NCBI GenBank assembly: GCA_002269645.1
Contig: NIVC01001694.1
Span: 89,840-153,839 of the forward strand
Direction of reading: 5' to 3'
DNA length: 64,000 nt
Origin: Macrostomum lignano
Lineage: Eukaryota
Part shown: positions 1-13,119 of the stretch, piece by piece
Layout: each line of letters opens with the position of its first letter
Numbering within the stretch: position 1 is the first letter of the stretch
Position numbers and translations under genes: made by a program
Notes under the pieces: model-generated
What the model saw: only the letters and a program-made list of their open reading frames with translations
Told to the model about the DNA's origin: nothing
The model's database searches: none

Positions 1-252
1 CAAGGTGAAGGTCATTGTCTATTGTCAAGGTGAAGGTCGTTGTCTATTGTCAAGGTGAAGGTTGTTGTCTATTGTCAAGGTGAAGGTCATTGTCTATTGT
101 CAAGGTGAAGGTCGTTGTCTATTGTCAAGGTGAAGGTCGTTGTCTATTGTCAAGGTGAAGGTCGTTGTCTATTGTCAAGGGTGAAGGTCGTTGTCAATTG
201 TTAAGGTGAAGGTCGTTTTCGCTTGTCAAGGTGAAGGTGTTTGTCAACTGTT
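1..252. repeat. 25-bp tandem repeat (CAAGGTGAAGGTCGTTGTCTATTGT)n, cut by the window start
   Basis: About 10 copies visible, degenerating toward 252. Confidence 0.95.
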
Positions 253-1121
253 AAATGTAGTTCTGCCTTTAAATTAAAAGAATGAAATAAAATGATGAAA
301 GCAAGCCTTAATTTAGAATAGTCTTCTAATAATTTAGAATATTCAGGAGAACACAATTGTCAATTCTCGTAGCACAATCGATACACCAATAAACAAATAG
401 AAAAAACAAAGCGATAACATAAAAAATAACATTTGCAAATGTAAAAAAACCTTTCAGTGTGACTTTAATCGACAAAAGAGCAACGGTACTCGTAGAAGAT
501 CCGAAAATGATAGACAAACTACTCAAGAAAACGGGCAATATAAATCTGGTGGCAAAATCATGGATAGACAAAGTAGGCTAAAAAAGAGAGGACTAGACAG
601 CAGAACAGATCGGGCGGAGCTCGCCTTAGCGAGACAAAAAACACAAAAAATGTCGAAGGTAGGAAAAAAGTGGCAAGAGGAGAGAAACAGCGAAGGATTG
701 CAACGCTTACAGTATATTATATAACAAAGAAACGCTTAACAACGCGCGCGAGGCAAGAATTTCGGGATTCCGAATCGTTTGCCAAGCTGACTACTTGTAG
801 TAGGCAAAAAAGAGTGTGCGGAACGCTTTAATTAATTGTTTCAGGAGTGGGAAAACACAAAACGCGAGCGCACAGCTAAAACGCAAAAACGTCAAATTAT
901 ATTTTTTCAAAGCGAGGAAAAAACGGAGAAATTCTCGTGAATTCCGGAGTCTGATTTTTAATTATTTTTACTAATAACATTGATTGCTAATTGATTTTTT
1001 GGTTAGAAAATAGATAAAGTATGACAAAAACAAGTTTTGCTTTTTTACGAACATTTAAAACGACGCATTGATTTGCAATTTACAAATTCGGACTCAAGAA
1101 AAATCTTTGTTTCGAATCTTG

Positions 1122-1770
1122 GCTCTGACCAATCGCTAGCGAGTCTCACTTCTGCTCTGACCAATCAGAGAGTCGCTAGCGAGTCTCACTTCTGCTCTGA
1201 CCAATCAGAGAGTCGCAAGCGAGTCTCACTTCTGCTCTGACCAATCAGAGAGTCGCTAGCGAGTCTCACCTCTGCTCTGACCAATCAGAGAGTCGCTAGC
1301 GAGTCTCACCTCTGCTTCTGACCAATCAGAGAGTCGCTAGCGAGTCTCACTTCTGCTCCTGACCAATCAGAGAGTCGCTAGCGAGTCTCACCTCTGCTCC
1401 TGACCAATCAGAGAGTCGCTAGCGAGTCTCACCTCTGCTTCTGACCAATCAGAGAGTTGCTAGCGAGTCTCACTTCTGCTCCTGACCAATCAGAGAGTCG
1501 CTAGCGAGTCTCACTTCTGCTCCTGACCAATCAGAGAGTCGCTAGCGAGTCTCACCTCTGCTCTGACCAATCAGAGAGTCGCTAGCGAGTCTCACCTCTG
1601 CTCTGACCAATCAGAGAGTAGCTAGCGAGTCTCAACTCTGCTCTGACCAATCAGAGAGTCGCTAGCGAGTCTCACTTCTGCTCTAACCAATCAGAGAGTC
1701 GCTAGCGAGTCTCACCTCTGCTCTGACCAATCAGAGAGTCGCTAGCGAGTCTCACCTCTGCTCTGACCAA
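1122..1770. repeat. 40-42 bp minisatellite (CTCTGACCAATCAGAGAGTCGCTAGCGAGTCTCACTTCTG)n
   Basis: About 16 near-identical copies; each carries CCAATCAG and the palindrome TCGCTAGCGA. Confidence 0.95.
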
Positions 1771-1858
1771 CACTAGCACCAATGCTAACTGCTCCAGAGC
1801 GAATACTTACAGAACGAATGAATTATGGATAAAAATCAGCTGATTAAAAACCAAAGCC

Positions 1859-2725
1859 TCACAGGTCAGTCCGCTCCGGGTGCATGCAGGACGTGTATGA
1901 CGGCGCCATCGTGGTGGACACCTCATCCATAGCGCTCACGCTGTCCTGCTGGCCAGTGCGCGGCCTGCCGGCGAATCTTGACGAGCTGCCGGCGCCGCCG
2001 CCTCGACGAACGAAAATTGGCCGACGCGAGCCTGGCGAGCTGCCCGCGACTGCAGCGTGGCCGCCTCCGCCGCCGGCAAAGTTCAACGCCGGCTCGAGTT
2101 CTACAGCCGAGCCGCCGTAGCCGCCGGGGTGGCTGCCGCTGCCGCTAGCGCTCACGTTGCCGCTGATGCAGCCGTTGCCGCACCACTTGCAGCGCTGCTG
2201 CTGCTGCTGCTGCTGCTGGTCTCGCTGCCGCTGTCGCCTCAGCTGGTGCGGGTGATACCACTGCCGGCTGTCCTGCTGCTCCAGCTCCGGACTGCTCACC
2301 GGCCGATGACAGCACCGACGCATGCAAGCGATTCTCTGACGACGAAAGACGCTATCCAAAGCCAAGGCAAGCAGCACAATCAGGCCGGCTCCCAGCACGG
2401 CTACGAATACGTGAGTCTGTGAGATCTCAGCTAGGCTGGTGGCCTCCCCGCCGCCTTTGCTACCCGGCTGGACTGTGCTGGTGCTAGCATTTGGCTGCTT
2501 GGAGAATCCAGCCAGATGCACCAGCATGATCTGACAGTCTTGGCGATGAGGGTTCTGGAAGCTGGAAACAAAGCAAACAGGATACATGTGAGGACAGACA
2601 ACATCAGCTGTATAACATTCTCTAGAGTCATATCTACCTAGAGTTATTAGGTGCGCTGAAATTAACCATTGGGTGGCCTGGCTGAGCTTATCTTGCAGTT
2701 TAAACTCGATCGGGGGTGCAAACAA
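1859..2725 (-). CDS. Putative single-pass membrane protein, no recognised family (5' end uncertain)
   Basis: GC-rich ORF with a hydrophobic segment VFVAVLGAGLIVLLALAL followed by basic RRQR, a poly-Q and Gly/Ser-rich tail ending APSYTSCMHPERTDL. No homology recognised. Confidence 0.35.
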   Translation of the reverse strand: MFAPPIEFKLQDKLSQATQWLISAHLITLGRYDSRECYTADVVCPHMYPVCFVSSFQNPHRQDCQIMLVHLAGFSKQPNASTSTVQPGSKGGGEATSLAEISQTHVFVAVLGAGLIVLLALALDSVFRRQRIACMRRCCHRPVSSPELEQQDSRQWYHPHQLRRQRQRDQQQQQQQQRCKWCGNGCISGNVSASGSGSHPGGYGGSAVELEPALNFAGGGGGHAAVAGSSPGSRRPIFVRRGGGAGSSSRFAGRPRTGQQDSVSAMDEVSTTMAPSYTSCMHPERTDL

Positions 2726-2850
2726 AACAAAATTTGGCTTGGATCATGCGGGCGGAAATGGTACGACAGGCTGGGGGAGCTGAGAGGCAGATTCTCCAGC
2801 ACTGATGGGGATAAGACTGGGTCTGCTGGCAGGACTGGAATTGCAAAAGG

Positions 2851-2930
2851 CTGTCTGTCTGTCTGTGTGTCTGTCTGTCTGTCTGTCTTAGTGTCTGTCT
2901 GTCTTAGTGTCTGTCTGTCTGTCTGCGTGC

Positions 2931-2964
<34 letters not shown>

Positions 2965-3272
2965 GCGTTAGTGTCTGTCTGTCTGTCTGTCTATCTGCCT
3001 TAGTGTCTTTCTGTCGATCTGCATTAGTGTCTGTCTGTCTATCTGCGTTAGTGTCTGTCTGTCTATCTGCATTAGTGTCTGTCTGTCTATCTGCGTTAGT
3101 GTCTGTCTGTCTATCTGCATTAGTGTCTGTCTGTCTATCTGCGTTAGTGTCTGTCTGTCTGTCTGCCTGTCTGCCTTAGTGTCTGTCTGTCTATCTGCCT
3201 TAGTGTCTGTCTGTCTATCTGCATTAGTGTCTGTCTGTCTATCTGCGTTACTGTCTGTCCTGCCTGTCTGCC
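2851..3272. repeat. (TCTG)n microsatellite with derived 24-bp units (TAGTGTCTGTCTGTCTATCTGCRT)
   Basis: Direct reading. Confidence 0.95.
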
Positions 3273-3885
3273 TGCCTAGCAGAGGCAGATACTTAAGCAG
3301 TGAGGAACCACATATATCTAAAGCAGAATCAGGAAAAGTATTACCGAAGCAGAAAGCTATCCAAAACGCAGACTTGTCGCTATGTCAGCAGAGCACAAGA
3401 AGCCAGCAGCAGCAAGCAAGATGATGCTCCACACAGCTTCAAAAATATATATATCCTCTTTCAAAAGAGAAGTATAGACGATTTTGAAAGGCCTAAAGAA
3501 GGATTAGGAGCAGGATTCGAGAGTGGCTGCGAGTGTGCGACAGACAGACGCGGGCGGTGAACAGGCCGAGATAGGGGAGGAAAGGGGTGAGAGAGGCAGG
3601 CCTGACCAGCCAGTTTGTCTGCCTGAGCAGGTTTGAGCAGCAGAGAGCCCTGTCAGAAGCTGGCCTGGATGTTGTCCCTTTCCCCATTCCTGGCAGCTGG
3701 CCTGCAGTTTTGGCAGGCTCAACGGCTCACTGGACGCAGAATTGGCACAGGAATTTTTTCTCACACTTTCCCCCCGAGATTTCTCTTGCATCCACCAGAG
3801 CCGAAGTGCCCGGCAGGATTTTTTATTATAAAAAATTGAACTCGTAAATGAGAGAAACATTTTAATTCGTTTGAAAATTTAAATT

Positions 3886-6800
3886 TTTGAGCTTGTGAAT
3901 ATTCTAGCTTGTGAGAATTAAATCTTGTGAAGATTCGATCTTGTGAAGATTTGAGCTTGTGAAGATTTGATCCTGTGAAGATTTGATCTTGTGAAGATTT
4001 GAGCTTGTGAAGATTCGATCTTGTGAAGATTTGAGCTTGTGAAGATTTGAGCTTGTGAATATTCGATCCTGTGAAGATTTGAGCTTGTGAATATTCGATC
4101 CTGTGAAGATTTGAGCTTGTGAAGATTCGATCCTGTAAGATTTGAGCTTGTGAAGATTTGATCCTGTGAAGATTTGAGCTTGTTAGGATTTGATCCTGTG
4201 AAGATTCGATTCTGTGAAGATTTGAGCTTTTGAAGATTTGATCCTGTGAAGATTCGATTCTGTAAAGATTTGAGCTTGTGAAGATTCGATCTTGTGAAGA
4301 TTTGAGCTTGTGAAGATTTGATCCTGTGAAGATTCGATCTTGTGAAGATTTGAGCTTGTGAAGATTCGATCTTGTGAAGATTTGAGCTTGTGAAGATTTG
4401 ATTCTGTAAGATTTGAGCTTGTGAAGATTTGATCCTGTGAAGATTTGAGCTTGTTAGGATTTGATCCTGTGAAGATTCGATTCTGTGAAGATTTGAGCTT
4501 TTGAAGATTTGATCCTGTGAAGATTCGATTCTGTAAAGATTTGAGCTTGTGAAGATTCGATCTTGTGAAGATTTGAGCTTGTGAAGATTTGATCCTGTGA
4601 AGATTCGATCTTGTGAAGATTTGAGCTTGTGAAGATTCGATCTTGTGAAGATTTGAGCTTGTGAAGATTTGATCCTGTGAAGATTCGATCTTGTGAAGAT
4701 TTGAGCTTGTGAAGATTTGTTTCTGTAAGATTTGAGCTTGTGAAGATTTGATCCTGTGAAGATTTGAGCTTGTTAGGATTTGATCCTGTGAAGATTCGAT
4801 TCTGTGAAGATTTGAGCTTTTGAAGATTTGATCCTGTGAAGATTCGATTCTGTAAAGATTTGAGCTTGTGAAGATTCGATCTTGTGAAGATTTGAGCTTG
4901 TGAAGATTTGATTCTGTAAGATTTGAGCTTGTGAAGATTTGATCCTGTGAAGATTTGAGCTTGTTAGGATTTGATCCTGTGAAGATTCGATTCTGTGAAG
5001 ATTTGAGCTTTTGAAGATTTGATCCTGTGAAGATTCGATTCTGTAAAGATTTGAGCTTGTGAAGATTTGATCTTGTGAAGATTTGAGCTTGTGAAGATTT
5101 GATCCTGTGAAGATTCGATTCTGTGAAGATTTGAGCTTGTGAGTATTCGATCCTGTGAAGATTTGAGCTTGTTAGGATTTGATCCTGTGAAGATTCGATT
5201 CTGTGAAGATTTGAGCTTTTGAAGATTTGATCCTGTGAAGATTCGATTCTGTAAAGATTTGAGCTTGTGAAGATTCGATCTTGTGAAGATTTGAGCTTGT
5301 GAAGATTCGATCCTGTAAGATTTGAGCTTGTGAAGATTTGATCCTGTGAAGATTTGAGCTTGTTAGGATTTGATCCTGTGAAGATTCGATTCTGTGAAGA
5401 TTTGAGCTTTTGAAGATTTGATCCTGTGAAGATTCGATTCTGTAAAGATTTCAGCTTTTGAAGATTTGATCTTGTGAAGATTTGAGCTTGTGAAGATTTG
5501 ATCCTGTGAAGATTCGATTCTGTGAAGATTTGAGCTTGTGAATATTCGATCCTGTGAAGATTTGAGCTTGTGAAGATTCGATCCTGTGAAGATTTGAGCT
5601 TGTGAAGATTTGATCCTGTGAAGATTTGAGCTTGTTAGGATTTGATCCTGTGAAGATTCGATTCTGTGAAGATTTGAGCTTTTGAAGATTTGATCCTGTG
5701 AAGATTCGATTCTGTAAAGATTTGAGCTTGTGAAGATTCGATCTTGTGAAGATTTGAGCTTGTGAAGATTTGATCCTGTGAAGATTCGATCTTGTGAAGA
5801 TTTGAGCTTGTGAAGATTCGATCTTGTGAAGATTTGAGCTTGTGAAGATTTGATCCTGTGAAGATTCGATCTTGTGAAGATTTGAGCTTGTGAAGATTTG
5901 TTTCTGTAAGATTTGAGCTTGTGAAGATTTGATCCTGTGAAGATTTGAGCTTGTTAGGATTTGATCCTGTGAAGATTCGATTCTGTGAAGATTTGAGCTT
6001 TTGAAGATTTGATCCTGGAAGATTCGATTCTGTAAAGATTTGAGCTTGTGAAGATTCGATCTTGTGAAGATTTGAGCTTGTGAAGATTTGATTCTGTAAG
6101 ATTTGAGCTTGTGAAGATTTGATCCTGTGAAGATTTGAGCTTGTTAGGATTTGATCCTGTGAAGATTCGATTCTGTGAAGATTTGAGCTTTTGAAGATTT
6201 GATCCTGTGAAGATTCGATTCTGTAAAGATTTGAGCTTGTGAAGATTTGATCTTGTGAAGATTTGAGCTTGTGAAGATTTGATCCTGTGAAGATTCGATT
6301 CTGTGAAGATTTGAGCTTGTGAGTATTCGATCCTGTGAAGATTTGAGCTTGTTAGGATTTGATCCTGTGAAGATTCGATTCTGTGATGATTTGAGCTTTT
6401 GAAGATTTGATCCTGTGAAGATTCGATTCTGTAAAGATTTGAGCTTGTGAAGATTCGATCCTGTAAGATTTGAGCTTGTGAAGATTTGATCCTGTGAAGA
6501 TTTGAGCTTGTTAGGATTTGATCCTGTGAAGATTCGATTCTGTGAAGATTTGAGCTTTTGAAGATTTGATCCTGTGAAGATTCGATTCTGTAAAGATTTC
6601 AGCTTTTGAAGATTTGATCTTGTGAAGATTTGAGCTTGTGAAGATTTGATCCTGTGAAGATTCGATTCTGTGAAGATTTGAGCTTGTGAATATTCGATCC
6701 TGTGAAGATTTGAGCTTGTGAATATTCGATCCTGTGAAGATTTGAGCTTGTGAAGATTCGATCCTGTAAGATTTGAGCTTGTGAAGATTTGATCCTGTGA

Positions 6801-9800
6801 AGATTTGAGCTTGTTAGGATTTGATCCTGTGAAGATTCGATTCTGTGAAGATTTGAGCTTTTGAAGATTTGATCCTGTGAAGATTCGATTCTGTAAAGAT
6901 TTGAGCTTGTGAAGATTCGATCTTGTGAAGATTTGAGCTTGTGAAGATTTGATCCTGTGAAGATTCGATCTTGTGAAGATTTGAGCTTGTGAAGATTCGA
7001 TCTTGTGAAGATTTGAGCTTGTGAAGATTTGATTCTGTAAGATTTGAGCTTGTGAAGATTTGATCCTGTGAAGATTTGAGCTTGTTAGGATTTGATCCTG
7101 TGAAGATTCGATTCTGTGAAGATTTGAGCTTTTGAAGATTTGATCCTGTGAAGATTCGATTCTGTAAAGATTTGAGCTTGTGAAGATTCGATCTTGTGAA
7201 GATTTGAGCTTGTGAAGATTTGATCCTGTGAAGATTCGATCTTGTGAAGATTTGAGCTTGTGAAGATTCGATCTTGTGAAGATTTGAGCTTGTGAAGATT
7301 TGATCCTGTGAAGATTCGATCTTGTGAAGATTTGAGCTTGTGAAGATTTGTTTCTGTAAGATTTGAGCTTGTGAAGATTTGATCCTGTGAAGATTTGAGC
7401 TTGTTAGGATTTGATCCTGTGAAGATTCGATTCTGTGAAGATTTGAGCTTTTGAAGATTTGATCCTGTGAAGATTCGATTCTGTAAAGATTTGAGCTTGT
7501 GAAGATTCGATCTTGTGAAGATTTGAGCTTGTGAAGATTTGATTCTGTAAGATTTGAGCTTGTGAAGATTTGATCCTGTGAAGATTTGAGCTTGTTAGGA
7601 TTTGATCCTGTGAAGATTCGATTCTGTGAAGATTTGAGCTTTTGAAGATTTGATCCTGTGAAGATTCGATTCTGTAAAGATTTGAGCTTGTGAAGATTTG
7701 ATCTTGTGAAGATTTGAGCTTGTGAAGATTTGATCCTGTGAAGATTCGATTCTGTGAAGATTTGAGCTTGTGAGTATTCGATCCTGTGAAGATTTGAGCT
7801 TGTTAGGATTTGATCCTGTGAAGATTCGATTCTGTGAAGATTTGAGCTTTTGAAGATTTGATCCTGTGAAGATTCGATTCTGTAAAGATTTGAGCTTGTG
7901 AAGATTCGATCTTGTGAAGATTTGAGCTTGTGAAGATTCGATCCTGTAAGATTTGAGCTTGTGAAGATTTGATCCTGTGAAGATTTGAGCTTGTTAGGAT
8001 TTGATCCTGTGAAGATTCGATTCTGTGAAGATTTGAGCTTTTGAAGATTTGATCCTGTGAAGATTCGATTCTGTAAAGATTTCAGCTTTTGAAGATTTGA
8101 TCTTGTGAAGATTTGAGCTTGTGAAGATTTGATCCTGTGAAGATTCGATTCTGTGAAGATTTGAGCTTGTGAATATTCGATCCTGTGAAGATTTGAGCTT
8201 GTGAAGATTCGATCCTGTGAAGATTTGAGCTTGTGAAGATTTGATCCTGTGAAGATTTGAGCTTGTTAGGATTTGATCCTGTGAAGATTCGATTCTGTGA
8301 AGATTTGAGCTTTTGAAGATTTGATCCTGTGAAGATTCGATTCTGTAAAGATTTGAGCTTGTGAAGATTCGATCTTGTGAAGATTTGAGCTTGTGAAGAT
8401 TTGATCCTGTGAAGATTCGATCTTGTGAAGATTTGAGCTTGTGAAGATTCGATCTTGTGAAGATTTGAGCTTGAGAAGATTTGATCCTGTGAAGATTCGA
8501 TCTTGTGAAGATTTGAGCTTGTGAAGATTTGTTTCTGTAAGATTTGAGCTTGTGAAGATTTGATCCTGTGAAGATTTGAGCTTGTTAGGATTTGATCCTG
8601 TGAAGATTCGATTCTGTGAAGATTTGAGCTTTTGAAGATTTGATCCTGGAAGATTCGATTCTGTAAAGATTTGAGCTTGTGAAGATTCGATCTTGTGAAG
8701 ATTTGAGCTTGTGAAGATTTGATTCTGTAAGATTTGAGCTTGTGAAGATTTGATCCTGTGAAGATTTGAGCTTGTTAGGATTTGATCCTGTGAAGATTCG
8801 ATTCTGTGAAGATTTGAGCTTTTGAAGATTTGATCCTGTGAAGATTCGATTCTGTAAAGATTTGAGCTTGTGAAGATTCGATCTTGTGAAGATTTGAGCT
8901 TGTGAAGATTTGATCCTGTGAAGATTCGATCTTGTGAAGATTTGAGCTTGTGAAGATTCGATCTTGTGAAGATTTGAGCTTGTGAAGATTTGATTCTGTA
9001 AGATTTGAGCTTGTGAAGATTTGATCCTGTGAAGATTTGAGCTTGTTAGGATTTGATCCTGTGAAGATTCGATTCTGTGAAGATTTGAGCTTTTGAAGAT
9101 TTGATCCTGTGAAGATTCGATTCTGTAAAGATTTGAGCTTGTGAAGATTCGATCTTGTGAAGATTTGAGCTTGTGAAGATTTGATCCTGTGAAGATTCGA
9201 TCTTGTGAAGATTTGAGCTTGTGAAGATTCGATCTTGTGAAGATTTGAGCTTGTGAAGATTTGATCCTGTGAAGATTCGATCTTGTGAAGATTTGAGCTT
9301 GTGAAGATTTGTTTCTGTAAGATTTGAGCTTGTGAAGATTTGATCCTGTGAAGATTTGAGCTTGTTAGGATTTGATCCTGTGAAGATTCGATTCTGTGAA
9401 GATTTGAGCTTTTGAAGATTTGATCCTGTGAAGATTCGATTCTGTAAAGATTTGAGCTTGTGAAGATTCGATCTTGTGAAGATTTGAGCTTGTGAAGATT
9501 TGATTCTGTAAGATTTGAGCTTGTGAAGATTTGATCCTGTGAAGATTTGAGCTTGTTAGGATTTGATCCTGTGAAGATTCGATTCTGTGAAGATTTGAGC
9601 TTTTGAAGATTTGATCCTGTGAAGATTCGATTCTGTAAAGATTTGAGCTTGTGAAGATTTGATCTTGTGAAGATTTGAGCTTGTGAAGATTTGATCCTGT
9701 GAAGATTCGATTCTGTGAAGATTTGAGCTTGTGAGTATTCGATCCTGTGAAGATTTGAGCTTGTTAGGATTTGATCCTGTGAAGATTCGATTCTGTGAAG

Positions 9801-12800
9801 ATTTGAGCTTTTGAAGATTTGATCCTGTGAAGATTCGATTCTGTAAAGATTTGAGCTTGTGAAGATTCGATCTTGTGAAGATTTGAGCTTGTGAAGATTC
9901 GATCCTGTAAGATTTGAGCTTGTGAAGATTTGATCCTGTGAAGATTTGAGCTTGTTAGGATTTGATCCTGTGAAGATTCGATTCTGTGAAGATTTGAGCT
10001 TTTGAAGATTTGATCCTGTGAAGATTCGATTCTGTAAAGATTTCAGCTTTTGAAGATTTGATCTTGTGAAGATTTGAGCTTGTGAAGATTTGATCCTGTG
10101 AAGATTCGATTCTGTGAAGATTTGAGCTTGTGAATATTCGATCCTGTGAAGATTTGAGCTTGTGAAGATTCGATCCTGTGAAGATTTGAGCTTGTGAAGA
10201 TTTGATCCTGTGAAGATTTGAGCTTGTTAGGATTTGATCCTGTGAAGATTCGATTCTGTGAAGATTTGAGCTTTTGAAGATTTGATCCTGTGAAGATTCG
10301 ATTCTGTAAAGATTTGAGCTTGTGAAGATTCGATCTTGTGAAGATTTGAGCTTGTGAAGATTTGATCCTGTGAAGATTCGATCTTGTGAAGATTTGAGCT
10401 TGTGAAGATTCGATCTTGTGAAGATTTGAGCTTGTGAAGATTTGATCCTGTGAAGATTCGATCTTGTGAAGATTTGAGCTTGTGAAGATTTGTTTCTGTA
10501 AGATTTGAGCTTGTGAAGATTTGATCCTGTGAAGATTTGAGCTTGTTAGGATTTGATCCTGTGAAGATTCGATTCTGTGAAGATTTGAGCTTTTGAAGAT
10601 TTGATCCTGGGAAGATTCGATTCTGTAAAGATTTCAGCTTTTGAAGATTTGATCTTGTGAAGATTTGAGCTTGTGAAGATTTGATCCTGTGAAGATTCGA
10701 TTCTGTGAAGATTTGAGCTTGTGAATATTCGATCCTGTGAAGATTCGATTCTGTAAAGATTTGAGCTTGTGAAGATTCGATCTTGTGAAGATTTGAGCTT
10801 GTGAAGATTTGATTCTGTAAGATTTGAGCTTGTGAAGATTTGATCCTGTGAAGATTTGAGCTTGTTAGGATTTGATCCTGTGAAGATTCGATTCTGTGAA
10901 GATTTGAGCTTTTGAAGATTTGATCCTGTGAAGATTCGATTCTGTAAAGATTTGAGCTTGTGAAGATTTGATCTTGTGAAGATTTGAGCTTGTGAAGATT
11001 TGATCCTGTGAAGATTCGATTCTGTGAAGATTTGAGCTTGTGAGTATTCGATCCTGTGAAGATTTGAGCTTGTTAGGATTTGATCCTGTGAAGATTCGAT
11101 TCTGTGATGATTTGAGCTTTTGAAGATTTGATCCTGTGAAGATTCGATTCTGTAAAGATTTGAGCTTGTGAAGATTCGATCCTGTAAGATTTGAGCTTGT
11201 GAAGATTTGATCCTGTGAAGATTTGAGCTTGTTAGGATTTGATCCTGTGAAGATTCGATTCTGTGAAGATTTGAGCTTTTGAAGATTTGATCCTGTGAAG
11301 ATTCGATTCTGTAAAGATTTCAGCTTTTGAAGATTTGATCTTGTGAAGATTTGAGCTTGTGAAGATTTGATCCTGTGAAGATTCGATTCTGTGAAGATTT
11401 GAGCTTGTGAATATTCGATCCTGTGAAGATTTGAGCTTGTGAATATTCGATCCTGTGAAGATTTGATCCTGTGAAGATTCGATTCTGTGAAGATTTGAGC
11501 TTTTGAAGATTTGATCCTGTGAAGATTCGATTCTGTAAAGATTTGAGCTTGTGAAGATTCGATCTTGTGAAGATTTGAGCTTGTGAAGATTTGATCCTGT
11601 GAAGATTCGATCTTGTGAATATTTGAGCTTGTGAAGATTCGATCTTGTGAAGATTTGAGCTTGTGAAGATTTGATCCTGTGAAGATTCGATCTTGTGAAG
11701 ATTTGAGCTTGTGAAGATTTGTTTCTGTAAGATTTGAGCTTGTGAAGATTTGATCCTGTGAAGATTTGAGCTTGTTAGGATTTGATCCTGTGAAGATTCG
11801 ATTCTGTGAAGATTTGAGCTTTTGAAGATTTGATCCTGTGAAGATTCGATTCTGTAAAGATTTGAGCTTGTGAAGATTCGATCTTGTGAAGATTTGAGCT
11901 TGTGAAGATTTGATTCTGTAAGATTTGAGCTTGTGAAGATTTGATCCTGTGAAGATTTGAGCTTGTTAGGATTTGATCCTGTGAAGATTCGATTCTGTGA
12001 AGATTTGAGCTTTTGAAGATTTGATCCTGTGAAGATTCGATTCTGTAAAGATTTGAGCTTGTGAAGATTTGATCTTGTGAAGATTTGAGCTTGTGAAGAT
12101 TTGATCCTGTGAAGATTCGATTCTGTGAAGATTTGAGCTTGTGAGTATTCGATCCTGTGAAGATTTGAGCTTGTTAGGATTTGATCCTGTGAAGATTCGA
12201 TTCTGTGAAGATTTGAGCTTTTGAAGATTTGATCCTGTGAAGATTCGATTCTGTAAAGATTTGAGCTTGTGAAGATTCGATATTGTGAAGATTTGAGCTT
12301 GTGAAGATTTGATTCTGTAAGATTTGAGCTTGTGAAGATTTGATCCTGTGAAGATTTGAGCTTGTTAGGATTTGATCCTGTGAAGATTCGATTCTGTGAA
12401 GATTTGAGCTTTTGAAGATTTGATCCTGTGAAGATTCGATTCTGTAAAGATTTGAGCTTGTGAAGATTCGATCTTGTGAAGATTTGAGCTTGTGAAGATT
12501 TGATCCTGTGAAGATTCGATCTTGTGAAGATTTGAGCTTGTGAAGATTCGATCTTGTGAAGATTTGAGCTTGTGAAGATTTGATTCTGTAAGATTTGAGC
12601 TTGTGAAGATTTGATCCTGTGAAGATTTGAGCTTGTTAGGATTTGATCCTGTGAAGATTCGATTCTGTAAAGATTTGAGCTTGTGAAGATTCGATCCTGT
12701 GAAGATTTGAGCTTGTGAAGATTCGATCCTGTAAGATTTGAGCTTGTGAAGATTTGATCCTGTGAAGATTTGAGCTTGTTAGGATTTGATCCTGTGAAGA

Positions 12801-13119
12801 TTCGATTCTGTGAAGATTTGAGCTTTTGAAGATTTGATCCTGTGAAGATTCGATTCTGTAAAGATTTGAGCTTTTGAAGATTTGATCTTGTGAAGATTTG
12901 AGCTTGTGAAGATTTGAGCTTGTGAATATTCGATCCTGTGAAGATTTGAGCTTGTGAAGATTCGATCCTGTGAAGATTTGAGCTTGTGGAGATTCGATCC
13001 TGTGAAGATTTGATTCTGTAAAGATTTGAGCTTGTGAAGATTCGATCCCGTGAAGATCCGATCCTGTGAAGATTCGATCCCGTGAAGATCCGATCCTGTG
13101 AAGATTCGAGCTTGTGAAG
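3886..13119. repeat. 9.2 kb satellite array of ~16-bp monomers (TGTGAAGATTTGAGCT / TGTGAAGATTTGATCC / TGTGAAGATTCGATTC variants) with higher-order structure
   Basis: Continuous monomer array. Rare variants recur at fixed offsets (2631 bp and 4721 bp). Confidence 0.98.

Noticed and set aside
3886-13119. CRISPR-like regular periodicity
   Set aside because: There are no unique spacers; the whole array is variants of one monomer, in a eukaryotic context with no cas genes.
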